64,000 bases of DNA from Epiperipatus broadwayi (GCA_028023455.1 JAQFVV010000002.1:18476001-18540000); one strand, 5' to 3'; shown: positions 41,046 through 54,009, counted from the stretch's first letter. Translations and numbers: made by a program. The notes: a model not told the origin generated them from the sequence alone.

Positions 41046-41979
41046 ATCCTAAGTTCAAATCCCTCTACTTACTTACATATGACATATTCAGTACATTTAA
41101 TGAATAGACTAATTATAAAATGAATAAACTTTTTTTCTTTTTTACAACTACACCTGAATTTATTATTTTTATAAAACAAAGAAAATGAAACATTCGAAAT
41201 AAAAAAGAACAACTTATATTTAGATAGATAGATAATACTATGTATAGGAATACAGTTATTGGATCCTTCAGTATGTTATTTGCGTTTTATTGTTCTTATA
41301 AGGATAGTACTGATATTTATAAAAGATGCAATTAAATTTGCTATAAAAATAAACAGCTTGATGTTTTTATAAAACAGAAAAAAAAAAAAAACTAAGACAT
41401 TTGGAATGAAATTCAACATGCAATAGATAGATACTTTATATGTGATATAGTTTTGAAGTGGAAATATTTTCTGGTGGCTGTTGTTATTGTTGCTGTTGTT
41501 ATTATTATTATAATCATCATCATTACGATAGCACTGACATTTTAGAATCTCATCCTCCATCATTATTTGGATGGCTCTATATTATAAATGTCAAGTTATA
41601 AGGTCAAATTTATCTTACTAGTACAGAAATAATAGAATGTGCCACCAAGGTTTTAAGAAGAAAAATTAAACAAATTTCTCCTAGCCCTCTTTCAAATCTT
41701 TGTTGTCATTTTGTGTTAATTTAAGACATTTTAGTCTTCACTAATATTAGATTTTAAATCTCACTATATCACACACCTATTACGTCTAACAATAAAATCA
41801 CATAACATAACAACACATACAATTGTTATTGTTTGCCAGATATATTGTTTGGCCAAAAGATGATTAAACCTTTCAACAACACTTTAAAAGGACAAAGACA
41901 ACACACAGTGCTAATTATTAACTACTCCACAATTTCTACAGAGAAATAAAGATATGACTTAAAAAACATATAATATTTA

Positions 41980-42298
41980 ATACATTGTACAGGCTTAGCC
42001 TGCATTTATATATGTAATATATGCGGGATTCAGATTCAGACTTTCACACGACCCACAACTCTCAGTGCCATCTCATATTGCTGACTCACCTGATCACACA
42101 CATGTTGAAAATATAAATAATCACCAATATACGTATTTCATGCTAAACCAGCAATCATCAGTTGGTCTAGATTGCTGGTTTAGCATGAAATATGTATATT
42201 GGTGATTATTTATATTTTCAACATGTGTGTGATCAGGTGGGTCAGCAATGAGATGACACTGAGAGTAGTGGGTCATGTGAAAGTCTGAGTTTGAATCC
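41980..42298. mobile_element. Family A snap-back palindromic insertion
   Basis: Left arm carries the complete 3' end; fold-back at ~42170; exact 13-bp TSD CATATAATATTTA at 41967-41979 and 42299-42311. Confidence 0.9.
42123..42166 (-). ncRNA. Family A hammerhead motif
   Basis: ACCAA CTGATGA TTGCT-ggttt-AGCAT GAAA TACGTA TA TTGGT. Confidence 0.7.
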
Positions 42299-43904
42299 CA
42301 TATAATATTTAGTAAAATATCAAAAGAGAATGGAGTTATACTAAAGTTGCCATTTACGATCTGTGTTTGTAAAACCTTATTATAATTCTGAATGTCAGAC
42401 AATGAATTCCAAATATATATAACAGATTTCACTTATATTAATTTTGAAAAAAAAAAGAAAAGAAAATCAAGTTTCAGAGGAAAGTAATCAATATAGAGAT
42501 ATTTAAGTAAGCAGAAGTCTAAGATGGTTGTGATATCTGAATAATGATTGATAACTGCATTCCTAAGGAAAAGTTCTTTTTGGTGAAAGGATTATAAGAA
42601 AAAGATTGAGAAGTAGATCTAAGTTTAAGGTACAAAAATATTTACAAGCAATCTTGGAAAAATTTTTTTATTACTCCTATTAACTGCTTAAAATTATTTG
42701 ACCTTATGGCACCTAAATCTTTTGGAGAAGCACTAGAAAGTAAATTAATATATATAAGAAAGCAACTAAATGATCATAACACTCTTTATAAAGAAAATGG
42801 CAAGTTATTGCTTTTCTGCAAGTCACTATGGTAAGAAACACTAGTAGACAAAAGATAGGTTTATTATTAAATCCTTTATCAGCAAACCCTTAATATTTGT
42901 TCGTATGCTTGGGAACTATTTAGTTATTAATACTAAAACATAATAATAATAAAAAACATAACTATTTAAAAGAAATATTTTTTAGAATAATAACATACAA
43001 AAGAGAAAGGCTATTAGATAAAAAGAAAAAAAAAAGAACATAATTATACAGTATAATACAATGAAGAGAAGAGGAAGAATTGAGAGAATTAAACAGTACA
43101 ATACAATATGCATGGAGGTAATAAAATAATGCTAAGCAAAAATAAGTGAAGAAAACAAATTTAAAAATAGATTTTACAAAAGAAATTATTAAAATTTATT
43201 GGAATAGTAAATAATAACAGTGTCTGTAGAAAAAACAATAGAAAGATGGAATAAAAGAAACTTAAAACAATACATAAAAGATGAATTTGCTAAACTGCTT
43301 GCCTTTTTATTGAATGTAATAAATAAAAGTATATAAGATTGATTCAAACTAATCATTAGAAAAACAAACTTGTGAAAATGAGACATAATTTGTGGCAACA
43401 TTGACAATAAAAATAATATCATGATAAAAAAGATTATTGGTAAGATAAAATCAAATATTTATAATTAACTAGAGGGCAATTGAAAAATTTCAGTCATAAG
43501 AGACCTCGAAGTAATTTGATGAGATGAAATTTCATTGTTAAGAAAGAGAAAAGTGATATACGACAGATGACAAGAGAAATTGCTCGGGTGGCAAATAAAG
43601 TTTTTTTTCTCTCTATTTGTGCTAAAAAATGTCTTTGTACTTTATAAAGCATGAAACTTTTTAATTACATCATCATTTGATTTGATAAAAATCAAAAAAG
43701 CAATTCAAAACAAATAATATTATCTAGATGTCGTATACAGTATAGTTACAACTAAACTAATTATGAAATACAGACCTGAATTAAATTAATTTTTAATACA
43801 TTCAAGCACCGTCTGCACACCATGAATGAATATCGTTTTTGTTATTGATTATATTTTAACTAGATCACACACAGATTGAAGAACACGTATGCGTTCTATA
43901 AACA

Positions 43905-44155
43905 TTTATTATAATATATAGGGTATATGAGCACAGACTTTCTCATAACACTGATACACTTGAACACATATATGTTGAAAAGATAAATAATCACCAATAT
44001 ACGTATTTCATGCTAAACCAGCAATCATCAGTTGGTTCAGATTACCATCTCTTCACATATATGCTATAAGTGCTCATATATATATTAAGATAGCCAATTC
44101 TCATACTTTAATGGACAGACTTCAATCTATACCACACTCCAACTCTTCAACCATC
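43905..44155 (-). mobile_element. Family A monomer with HHR at 43993-44036
   Basis: Colinear with 11407-11715; HHR identical to the 42123 copy. Confidence 0.85.
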
Positions 44156-45130
44156 CATCCAATTGAAAATCTGATGATGGAATGCTCAAAGGCCACCCTG
44201 AGGCCGAGATTTTTATATATTATTGTAATGAAAAGGAAGGATTGTGAATGAATCATAAAGAAAGACACTGTAAGTGAATCAATTATAATAAAACATAATT
44301 ATCATTAAACAATATAATGATGTAATAGAAAATTATACATTTTTTGACCTTTAAATTATATAAAATAATATTAACACAAAGGACTATTTTTTTGCATCTA
44401 CTAATAAAAGAATTAAAATGCTCCAAAATAACTATAAACAAAAAATGCTCTTTTTAAATAATAAGTGTAAAAGTTGCAACCAGTTTTAAAAAGAAATACG
44501 GACCAATACCATTTAACTGGCACCCTTAAATTTGAAGGCTTCCAGATTAATAATATTACCAGATTAACATTAATTTAACAAAATGTACACTTCTTAAGAA
44601 TGACTTCCATTATGAACCTTCCATGTTTTTATAGCAGCAATGTGTGATATTAAATGTAAATTATAACTGTTACATCTAACATAAATTGCATACATTTACT
44701 TTTACAATGAAACTATCATATGTGCTAATGTATATATTACATTTATACACTATCCCCCCAAAAAGGAAATAAACAAAAATAAAATAATTAAAATTTGCAA
44801 TAATGTTTTACGATATAGAAGTAGCCATTTTTTTTTTATGTTAAAGCATCATATCCAATCACATTTGTTAATAACATTTCTTTAGGTAATGTTGAAAATA
44901 TATACATTTTAATCTTTGCTTTGATATAGTACAGTATTAAAATAAAATAAAATATTTTCTAAGCATAAAGCTATAATTTTATAAATAAAATGAAAGTTTT
45001 ATCAATTTAGTTGTGGCAGAAAACAATAACTGTAAAATAATCTTACATTCTATCAGAAAGCATAAAGTCTTAAGAGTTTAACTGAGCAACTGAAATACAC
45101 AATGACAGCAGGGGTGAATATATAGATTTC

Positions 45131-45523
45131 AAAGTTGATACAGACTTAAAAACATCAGAACAACTAGAAAAGTCATAATCTGCTCATTAAACCACTATTA
45201 CATTCTTTTAATCAAAACAAGTTATTAAAGAAAAAAGATATTGTACAGAGCATTTTTAATTATGATGAAAGTATGATATTTCACTATTCATTTCATTGAA
45301 AAAAATAAAATTACAATATAGTAAGTTTTATTTATTTCCTAAAATTCTGAGTGAAAGAAAATGAATGAACACATATACAGAAAAAAATATATATAAATAA
45401 ACTCTTTCAATTTATTATTAATAATTATTTTTTGATTTTGATATTATTAATAATTATTATTTTTAAATTTTGTTTTATACTATAATCTTAATTTATATAT
45501 ACATACTATACACATAAAAAGCA
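45131..45523 (+). repeat. Unclassified dispersed AT-rich repeat (copy 2)
   Basis: Colinear with 13750-14116. Confidence 0.6.
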
Positions 45524-46709
45524 TCTATTATATATATATGCATGTTGAAAAAAAATACACACTTGTAGTTTAATAAATCATATGCATTCTATTGTAATCA
45601 CAGTTTATCAAGAAAATATGAGGCATTACATTTGATATACAATATATGCAAAAAAAAAGCTTGGAATAAAAATAGTGAATATCAGGACTCTACTATATGT
45701 TAATTAAAATAAATAAATAATAAAAGCTAACTAATTTGTTCTCCCATACTTTTTATTATCCACTGAGTTGAATTTTTAACAACTAAAAAATATTTTAAAT
45801 TTCATGTTAGCAGATTTTAAAAAAAGATATATCCTCTCCCAATTCTTTTAAAAAAAATGGTAAGTGAAAGTCATAGTATTCATATTACTTAAACTTATTG
45901 CTTTATGGGTATTTACTTAAATGTGTTTTTGGCTCTGTAATTTTCTCTTAAAATACGCTTATCTATTAATCTATTTATTATATCATGTTTATTAATTATA
46001 AATGTATGGGTACTCATTACTAAATTAAAAAAAAAACTTAAATCGTGCTATAATAATGACATTTGAAAAGCAAGAAAATTTGAAGGCTCCCTTGAAATTT
46101 TGTCTGGATGGTAGAAATTACCAAATTATAAAGGAGCCAAATTAAGGGTTCCTGTATAAAATGCAGTACTTAATAAAATTCAATATAATAATTTCATTAT
46201 ATACAAACAATTAAGATATTCTTTATCAATTAATTATTTTAATAATAATAATAATAAAAACAATAAAATAGTAAAGATGTAAGTAAATATTACTAATAAT
46301 TATAAAATCATGGAAGAACTTTCAGTTAAGTACATAACCATTTTCAGCTAGAAACCTTTTAAATCTGGTAGAAGTAAACATCATCGTATGATATTTTAAG
46401 ATTCACGAATTAAAAAAATTTGAAACATTGCAGTTCAAATTATAAAATACTCTGATAGATTAATTATAAATTTATAGATTGCCATGTATGTGTGCACACA
46501 TATTAATATATATGCATAAGTAAATTATAATATTGTAGAAAATTCAAAGAAAATAGATATATAAAGTTAATACTACTACTAAATGTTAAATAAAATAAAC
46601 GTATCTTGTTAAATTAGTATTAAGGGAAAAAAGAGAAATTAGTTTTTACTGCATGTGAATGAATTGCACAGTAAAAATGAACTGAATTTTGTAAACCTTT
46701 CGGATTTAC

Positions 46710-46737
46710 CTTCTGGATGGCAATAAAATTGAAAAAG
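46710..46737 (-). CDS. Candidate 28-nt micro-exon
   Basis: ttctctag|CTTTTTCAATTTTATTGCCATCCAGAAG|gtaaat; splice-site pair only. Confidence 0.2.
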
Positions 46738-47149
46738 CTAGAGAATAAATTTCAAAGTTCAGTCATGATTTCTTTTTATTTTATTTCTCTTTCTTTCTAG
46801 CACATAATAAAAACTATTTTATAATCATTTATAAAATAATGAAATGAATGAAGCAAGTATTTATGGAAAATATGTTTTTGCAAAAAAAATTTATTAAATC
46901 TAGTAATTATGTCTCCTAATATAAATAAGTACAGACTTGATTATATGTTAGGTGTTAAAAAACATGTTGTAAGAACATGAGAAAAAACAACAGTAGGCTA
47001 AATTATTATTAAAAAAAAAAACAGTACAATTTGATTCTTGAAGACAGAAAACTGATAGAATAATTGTTAAAAAAAAAAAACTGCTGGTTAAAACAACTTC
47101 CTTCAGCAATTATGACATCTAGCAAAGGGCTATTTACCATGAATCAGTA

Positions 47150-47290
47150 GAAAACTGCAAATACACTAGTTTAAAGATCTGGAACTATGAAATTATATCC
47201 AGATAAATGGCTGCTTTAAAGAAGGAAACTATGTTGTAAGGAAAGAAGTGGGCTCTCCCATAAGCTCTATCTTATATCTTTCTCTACAGG
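47150..47290 (+). pseudogene. Possible Penelope-like RT fragment
   Basis: GNYVVRKEVGSPISSIL resembles the GxxMGSPISPIL motif. Confidence 0.3.
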
Positions 47291-49691
47291 GATTCATCTA
47301 CATTATCTATCATTATCAATACTTGAAGAGAATAATTAAAATTAGGACTGGACTGATAAATACTATCATTAAAGATGTGTGCATATATACAGTAATACTA
47401 TATTCTCTATAAAATCATAGTTTAAAATATTTTATTAGCTGATAAGGGTTTTCTTCATATTTAACTAAAACGGCTTAAGTATAATGTTTATGTTTATTTA
47501 ATTCAATATTTTATACTTACTTTATATATAAGCAATGAGTTCATATTTTATTTATTGTAAATAAATTGTCAACTTATTTTTTTATTAACATATTAATTTG
47601 TTTTGCTTTTCAAATTCATTCCAAACATATCATGAGAAGCTATGTAATCCACGGGGGGACATGCAGAGGGTAATGGAAGTACAACTGAATGATGATGATT
47701 AGTGATATCCAGAAGTAAATTTTCTACTTGAAAAGCTTGGCCCCAAAAGATAATTTTAAATTGAATTTTAAAAAAAGAAATTAAAAATATTTTGGAAATA
47801 CTTAAAGCAAGCCTCAACGTTAATGTTATTTTGATCATCATCAAAGTATTGGTTATATTAAACGTATATTTGAATATTTTGAGTTTAATCATTTTATTTA
47901 AACTCATATATATTTCTGTTAATCTTATTTTTCAATATATTCTGATATTTATATATTAATTCTGCTCTTTTACAAAATCATTATATTTCTAACACATATT
48001 TACTTCATCTTTCACACCATTATAATATAATTTCATTTTTACATAATTCAATGCAATTTATAAAATAACAAAATATTATTTACATAATCTCATTAATAAT
48101 ATCTATATAATCTCATTACAATTCAAAATAAACTCAATGTGGCAAATTGAAATAAATAGATAAATATCTTTTCGGACATTAAAGATTTGAAAAAGATATC
48201 AATTTTAATTGATAATCTTGCCAGTAGGGGAAATTTTGACTTTAAAGGATAACGTTTTTTACAAAAATTATATCGCAGCAGTTATACTGAAAAGAGTATT
48301 TTTTTTTTTTAAAAAAAAAATATTCATATACTATAAGATACTGATAATGGTTAAATTACTGAACTTACATTTCTTAAAAGTTTCTAAGCCTACATTAATT
48401 AATTAATTATTATTATTGAAGAAAAAGGAAATAGAAAGATGAGAGAGAGAGAGAGAGCTTTTAACAGTAAAAAACAATTAAATCTAATTGAATTTTATAT
48501 CTATGAAATATAGACAATTTGTAAAATGTAATTTAATAAAAACTTACTTATAATATTTACAAAGAATTCAGAATCCTTTTTCTCATATAAAGAAATGCTT
48601 CAATATGAAATATTGTTACTGTTAATATAATATGATACCTAATTGTAGAAAATTCAGTCAAAAATCACTGATTTAGTAAAAAAAAAAAATTAATTAATCA
48701 TATATAAAATATACAATTACTTATTAGATAGAATGCATAATTTAAAATAATCTCAAATAAATGTACAATTTCCTAATTGACCGACTAAAAAGTAGAAAAT
48801 ATGGTAGATAGTTAAGATAATTTATACCAACAACAATATCATTACAAGGATAGATGAAAGGAACTATTCTTACAAGATGAGCTCTTAGACCAAAGTAGAT
48901 TTAGTAGCAAACTTAGAACATTGTACAAATATATATTATTTTTTTAAAAAGACTGCATTTAGAATTAAATAACAATTATATCTGTAACAACTAAACAAGC
49001 AAAAGTTATTAAATAAATGAAAAAAAAAAAGTTATAGGAGTAAGTAAAAGGGTTATATGAAAAGAATTAAGCAGAAATTTTTAGTGATAGCTACTTCAAA
49101 TTAATTACATAAAGGATGTGATCATGCTTTGCAGTTTGTGTAAAAAGTTAATTTATTTCATTACTTGAAACTACTTTTGTTTACTGGAATCATTTTTGGC
49201 AGTTTACAACCTTATTTGTAACTATTTTGCTGTAAATAATGCATTTTCTCAATTTAACTTTTTATATCCATATAATTTATTATTTATATTTTGCTTTAGT
49301 GTGTAAATAATGTGATAATTTTTTAGAAATAAATATAATACGTTGTTAGGTCTAAATCAATCACCCCCCCCTTCACTTTAAATTATGTTAAACAGTTATA
49401 ATTTGAAATATTTTCGTTGTTTGAATTCTGCTAATTTTATTACATCTTAAATTAGATTTTTTTGAAATATTTGTTGGTCAAATTCTGTTAGTTTTACTAA
49501 GTCCTAGATTAGATTTTTAAAACAAAAGTCTAATGTAGTGTTTTCTTTACATGGTACATAAATAAATCTAAGATCAAACATGTAATAAATTTTAAATATT
49601 TACATAAAGAATATTAAAAAAATGAGTACACATTTTTACAGTCTCTTTTGCATAACATATAACTTAACAAAATATTTCATGACAATACCAC

Positions 49692-49827
49692 CTGATTTCA
49701 TTAAAAAAATCATAGACGCTTTTAGGTAACAAAAGGATGCAAACTAGGATTAGAACCAGAAGATATGCATAAAGTTGTGGATACCGAGATGGCAGCCATA
49801 ATACTGTATACCATATTTGAGATCGAT
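49692..49827 (-). CDS. Candidate 136-nt coding exon encoding a hydrophobic segment
   Basis: Strong (t)9cag acceptor; open frame RSQIWYTVLWLPSRYPQLYAYLLVLILVCILLLPKSVYDFFNEI; weak gtggta donor, or the frame runs on to WYCHEIFC*. Confidence 0.35.
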
Positions 49828-50378
49828 CTGAAAAAAAAAAGTAATAACAAATAAATGTTTTTATGCATACAGTTTTAGCCAGTATTTATATATATATTAA
49901 TATTGCTAAGCATTATTAGTTTATGCATAGTAATATAAATATAAATTCTATAACATATACACTTAAGTTAAAGTCCATAAATTTGACAATAACCATAATA
50001 TTTCCAAGTATAAGGACTCTTCAAAACCCTTGGTTTCCATCTAATTTTTACCATATAATTAATTGTTTCCTGAATTGTCAAGATCTAGTCCTTCTTCTCA
50101 GTATATATTCAGAATAAATTTGCATATGCAAAGTATTAAACTTGTAAGTGAAACTGATACCATTAGAACATATGAATTTGAACCAAGAAATTTGATCCAA
50201 AATGATTCCAATCCTGAGTATATACCAAGAATGATGGAAAAAAATGTTTTATGAAAAAACTTACAGTATTCAGGATGGTGTTAAAAGACTTTGAAGGGTA
50301 AAAAAAGGCTAAAAATACTGGAAGATATAAGCCCAGGAAAGAATTATTGAACAATATAAAAGTAGAAAGAACATAATA

Positions 50379-50784
50379 TTTGTTTGAAGGTTTGTGACGA
50401 TGGTATATTATTAGATGTGATGTGTTGGATTATTTCCATCATCTACAAGTTGAATCTATAGATAATTTTAAATAAATCAAATTTCTACTATATGTTACTT
50501 TGACAGAATAATTCAGTTGGTTGGAGTGTTTGCCTTAAATTTGATATTCAAGAATCTAAAGGTGTGAGTTCAACTTCTAAGCGAATAATGTCACTGTGCA
50601 TATAGGTCAGCAAAACCTGAAGAAGAGTGGAGAATAATACTATTCGAAATGTTGTGTAATTACTAACCTGTGTTGTCTAGTTGTGTGTTATTACTAACAA
50701 GTTGTTTGTATTTGGAAAGTTTAAAATTTTCTATACATTCAACATTCACTTATAGATGATGGAAATATTCCAACATATCACATC
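50379..50784. mobile_element. Penelope-like pLTR insertion with terminal inversion
   Basis: Exact 16-bp TSD TAGAAAGAACATAATA at 50363-50378 and 50785-50800; inverted arms ~50412-50468/50724-50787; HHR-like CTGAAGA...CGAAATGTTG at 50617-50654. Confidence 0.8.
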
Positions 50785-51249
50785 TAGAAAGAACATAATA
50801 ATCAAATCATGGTTCTGCAAAGATTTTGACTTAAGAAATGGAGCATCAAAATGATATTGAAAATAACATTGAACATTTAGATGGTTTTCCAAAAAAAAAT
50901 TCTACATGATGAATTGATTCTGAAATAAATTAAGTGAATTTCTGACATTAACAAGTGAGCATGAAATAAATTGACATTTTCTTAATAAAAAAAGTAAGAT
51001 GCAAAATATTTGTTTATTTTATTTACATTTATTGAAAACACCAATGAACATTTTAAAAATACAGATATTATCATTTTGCCAAAGCTGCATTTTACAACTT
51101 GAGTGAAGAAAAAGGATAGAATTAAACAAGGTGTTACAGTTAAATAATCAGAAGACATATGGTATTTCTTAAAAACAAAATAGTGGATGTACTGTAAGAG
51201 CAAAATCAATTGTAGCATTATTTGTTTAATCTGTAAAAGAAATATAATT

Positions 51250-51472
51250 TATCATACCATTCACAACTTTCATAAACATTTTATCAATACTAGTTATTTA
51301 TATAAATATTAATTATATATTTGAATATTGTAGCTCTGATGATGACTGCAGCTCAGTCGAAACTGTTAGTTTTGATATAAATAAATAGTATTGATAAGGT
51401 GTTTAAGAAAGTTGTAAATGGTATACGTTAAAGTAGAAATCAATACATAGGAAAAGGGAGAAGAAAAAGAAA
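51250..51472. mobile_element. Family B snap-back insertion
   Basis: ~50-bp inverted arms 51254-51303/51375-51424; exact 15-bp TSD AAAAGAAATATAATT at 51235-51249 and 51473-51487. Confidence 0.85.
51332..51371 (+). ncRNA. Family B minimal hammerhead motif
   Basis: AGCT CTGATGA T GACTG-cagct-CAGTC GAAA CTGT T AGTT: intact core, 5-bp helix II. Confidence 0.65.
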
Positions 51473-51662
51473 AAAAGAAATATAATTACGGGCATAATCC
51501 ATAGCTAATTTTTATAATACAGATAGTTTATTATTGTAAAGATTCTTCTAAGAGAAAAAAAAATTTTCATATAAAGTAATTATATAAAGTTTACTGTCAA
51601 TAGGAAATGAGTCAGTAACCACTTTTGTGGTTGGAATCACACAATTATATGACTACTACTAC

Positions 51663-52500
51663 CATCATCATCATTTTTAAACATTATCAGTCCACTGTAG
51701 AATGGTCTCCAAGTTTAATCCAGTTTCTCTGATCCTGAATCTCTTTTCATACCTGCAAATTTCCTTGTTTCATACATCCATCTCATATGGGGTCCCTTTC
51801 TGGGTCTTTTAAAATTTCTTGGGATTCTGTTTAAGACCTCAACTAAATCACTATGATGGTCAAATATCCAATATGATTTATTTGTGAATATTATTATTTG
51901 TTTATGTGAATTCTATAATATAATATCTTGAGAAGGTCTCAATGGAGATGAAAGCCGGTTTGATAAATATTTAAATATAATTATTAATAGTTGTTTATTT
52001 CAATCTTGTTTGATTGATTATTTATTTAAGACCTCAACTGTCCATATATAATCATTTCTTCTACTAACATGCCAGATCAGCTCCATTTCAGTCTCTTATT
52101 TCTTTCACTGGTGTTAAGACATATGTTTGTTCACCCATCTATGTATTTCATTTACAATCACTTCTTGTTATTCCTAATATACATCTCTGCATACTTCAGT
52201 AAAGGTCTGAAGCCTCTGTACTGATGTTATAATAAATGTCCAAGTCCATTATATAGTAAAAAAAGATAAAATACATTTATTAAAAATCTTCTTTCCAAAA
52301 TATAAAGGTGTATATTTTTTAAATAGTAAGTTATTTCTATCAAAAGCATTCCATCCAAATTTAGATCTACTATTAATTTCATCCACTATGTTCCTATCTC
52401 TATTAATAATCTGATTAAATTATTTGTAATCATGATTACTAATCTTTATTTTTTGGTTCTCAGAAAAGTCATTGAACATCATTTTTGCCTATAAATAAAC
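51663..52500 (-). mobile_element. RTE LINE 3' portion split by a 180-bp insertion
   Basis: Same 3' end as 25262 and 35885; continues past 52040 with a KWSxxGHV-like region. Confidence 0.75.
51845..52024 (+). mobile_element. 180-bp insertion with a variant HHR-like motif
   Basis: Exact 15-bp TSD TTTAAGACCTCAACT at 51830-51844 and 52025-52039; CTTGAGAAG GTCTC-aatg-GAGAT GAAA GCCGGTT at 51927-51960. Confidence 0.7.
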
Positions 52501-54009
52501 ATAAGTTTTATAGGTACTACTTTGGCCTAATATAACAATGTATAAAAAACTATTCTCCTGGTAATATTACTTTTTCAAATGCTGACCATGTAGTTCAACA
52601 AATTACATGGGATTTTGGAAAGTGTGAAAATAAAGAATGGTTGATAATTGAACAATCAAACATTATATCCATTGTAAGGGTTCACTTCTGTCATATTTGA
52701 AGATCCCTTCCCCTTTGATTCTATATAATGATAACAATAAATCCCACGCGACCCTTTTTTTGGACAGAATGTGAATTCTTGAAAATATAATTCATGTTGA
52801 ATTGATTTATGTATATATTTAAGATTGCAATGATTTTCAATACATCAATAATCATAAAAATTGAAGAGTGGTGTTATTATATTGGAAGATGAATTGATAC
52901 CTGGCTTTCCCTATTAATAAGATGATCAATGCAAGAACAGACTACTTCTTCTTATCTTTTATTTTGAAAAATGATGATAGTATTTTGGTTAGATAAAATT
53001 TAGTTATGTTTCTGGGGTTTGCATGGAGCAGATATCAGACTGTTGTGAATTATAGTGGTAAAATTTACATTCTCTACCAAAAGACTTGTTTCAGTGGTAA
53101 ATTAAGTATATTACTTTGAAACCTTCCATATGTAAAATTTATACTTATATTTATTAATTTATTCTATTAAATTGTTTGACTGATATATTTTTGACAGTTT
53201 GAAGTAGAAATTAGATTGCGATTAAATTTTATATGAGTTTATATTTTGGTTATTTATTGATAATTGATCTACTAGGTCTATGTAATAAGGGTTCATTTTA
53301 GAAATAATGATGATTTTTCTTAATAAACAATGTTTATTCCAAAAATTGCAGGAAATATTAATGTTGATCCTGAGTTCTTCATATATTTGTTTAAATGTTT
53401 GCTATCTATGCACTGAATGAGTAATTTTGAATTATCAAGCTCTTTATTGTATTCCAGAAATTATAAAATTAGGTGAGGGGGGGGGTATAAATTATTGACC
53501 CATAAATATTTTTCAAATGATGGTTAAGAAATAACACAGAAATATTCTATAGTGGCTTTTGATTATAGTATTAATAATTGGCTTTTATAAATGAGGGAAG
53601 CCTTATTGGACTACAATTCTACATATTAGATAAATGCACACTTTCAAAACATTTAGCCGAATTATCATAAGTTATTAGATACCATTACATAGAAAGCCCA
53701 ATAAACCATCTTTTATTATTTAGTTCAGTAATTATAATACTAAGGATAAAAATTATATATCTTGAAAAAATGCACCCAGAAAGCATAAAAATAACTATTA
53801 GAGAACTAACCCCGAAAGCTTTATTAAATTATTGAAATGTTCAGCATTTGGAATTCTTGAAAAAGAAATACATCCCATGTAAATTTTTAATAAAACAATG
53901 TGTCTCAATGAAAAAGTAACTGGTTCTCTTTCCAAACTGTCTATAGTTTCATAACCGAATGACTAAAGGTATTACACAATGACATAGTTTAGCTATCCAC
54001 CATAAAAAG

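Noticed and set aside
41276-41563. Asn-rich ORF as a coding exon
   Set aside because: Openness is explained by an (AAT/AAC) microsatellite, and splice sites are weak
6096-42298. Family A palindromes as MITEs with long TIRs
   Set aside because: Arms are unequal, ends differ between copies, non-palindromic monomers exist, and TSD length varies (6-13 bp), unlike cut-and-paste elements
43468-43620. Mariner terminal inverted repeat (TAGAGGGCAATTGAAAAATTTC)
   Set aside because: Only loose resemblance, with no matching opposite end or transposase found nearby
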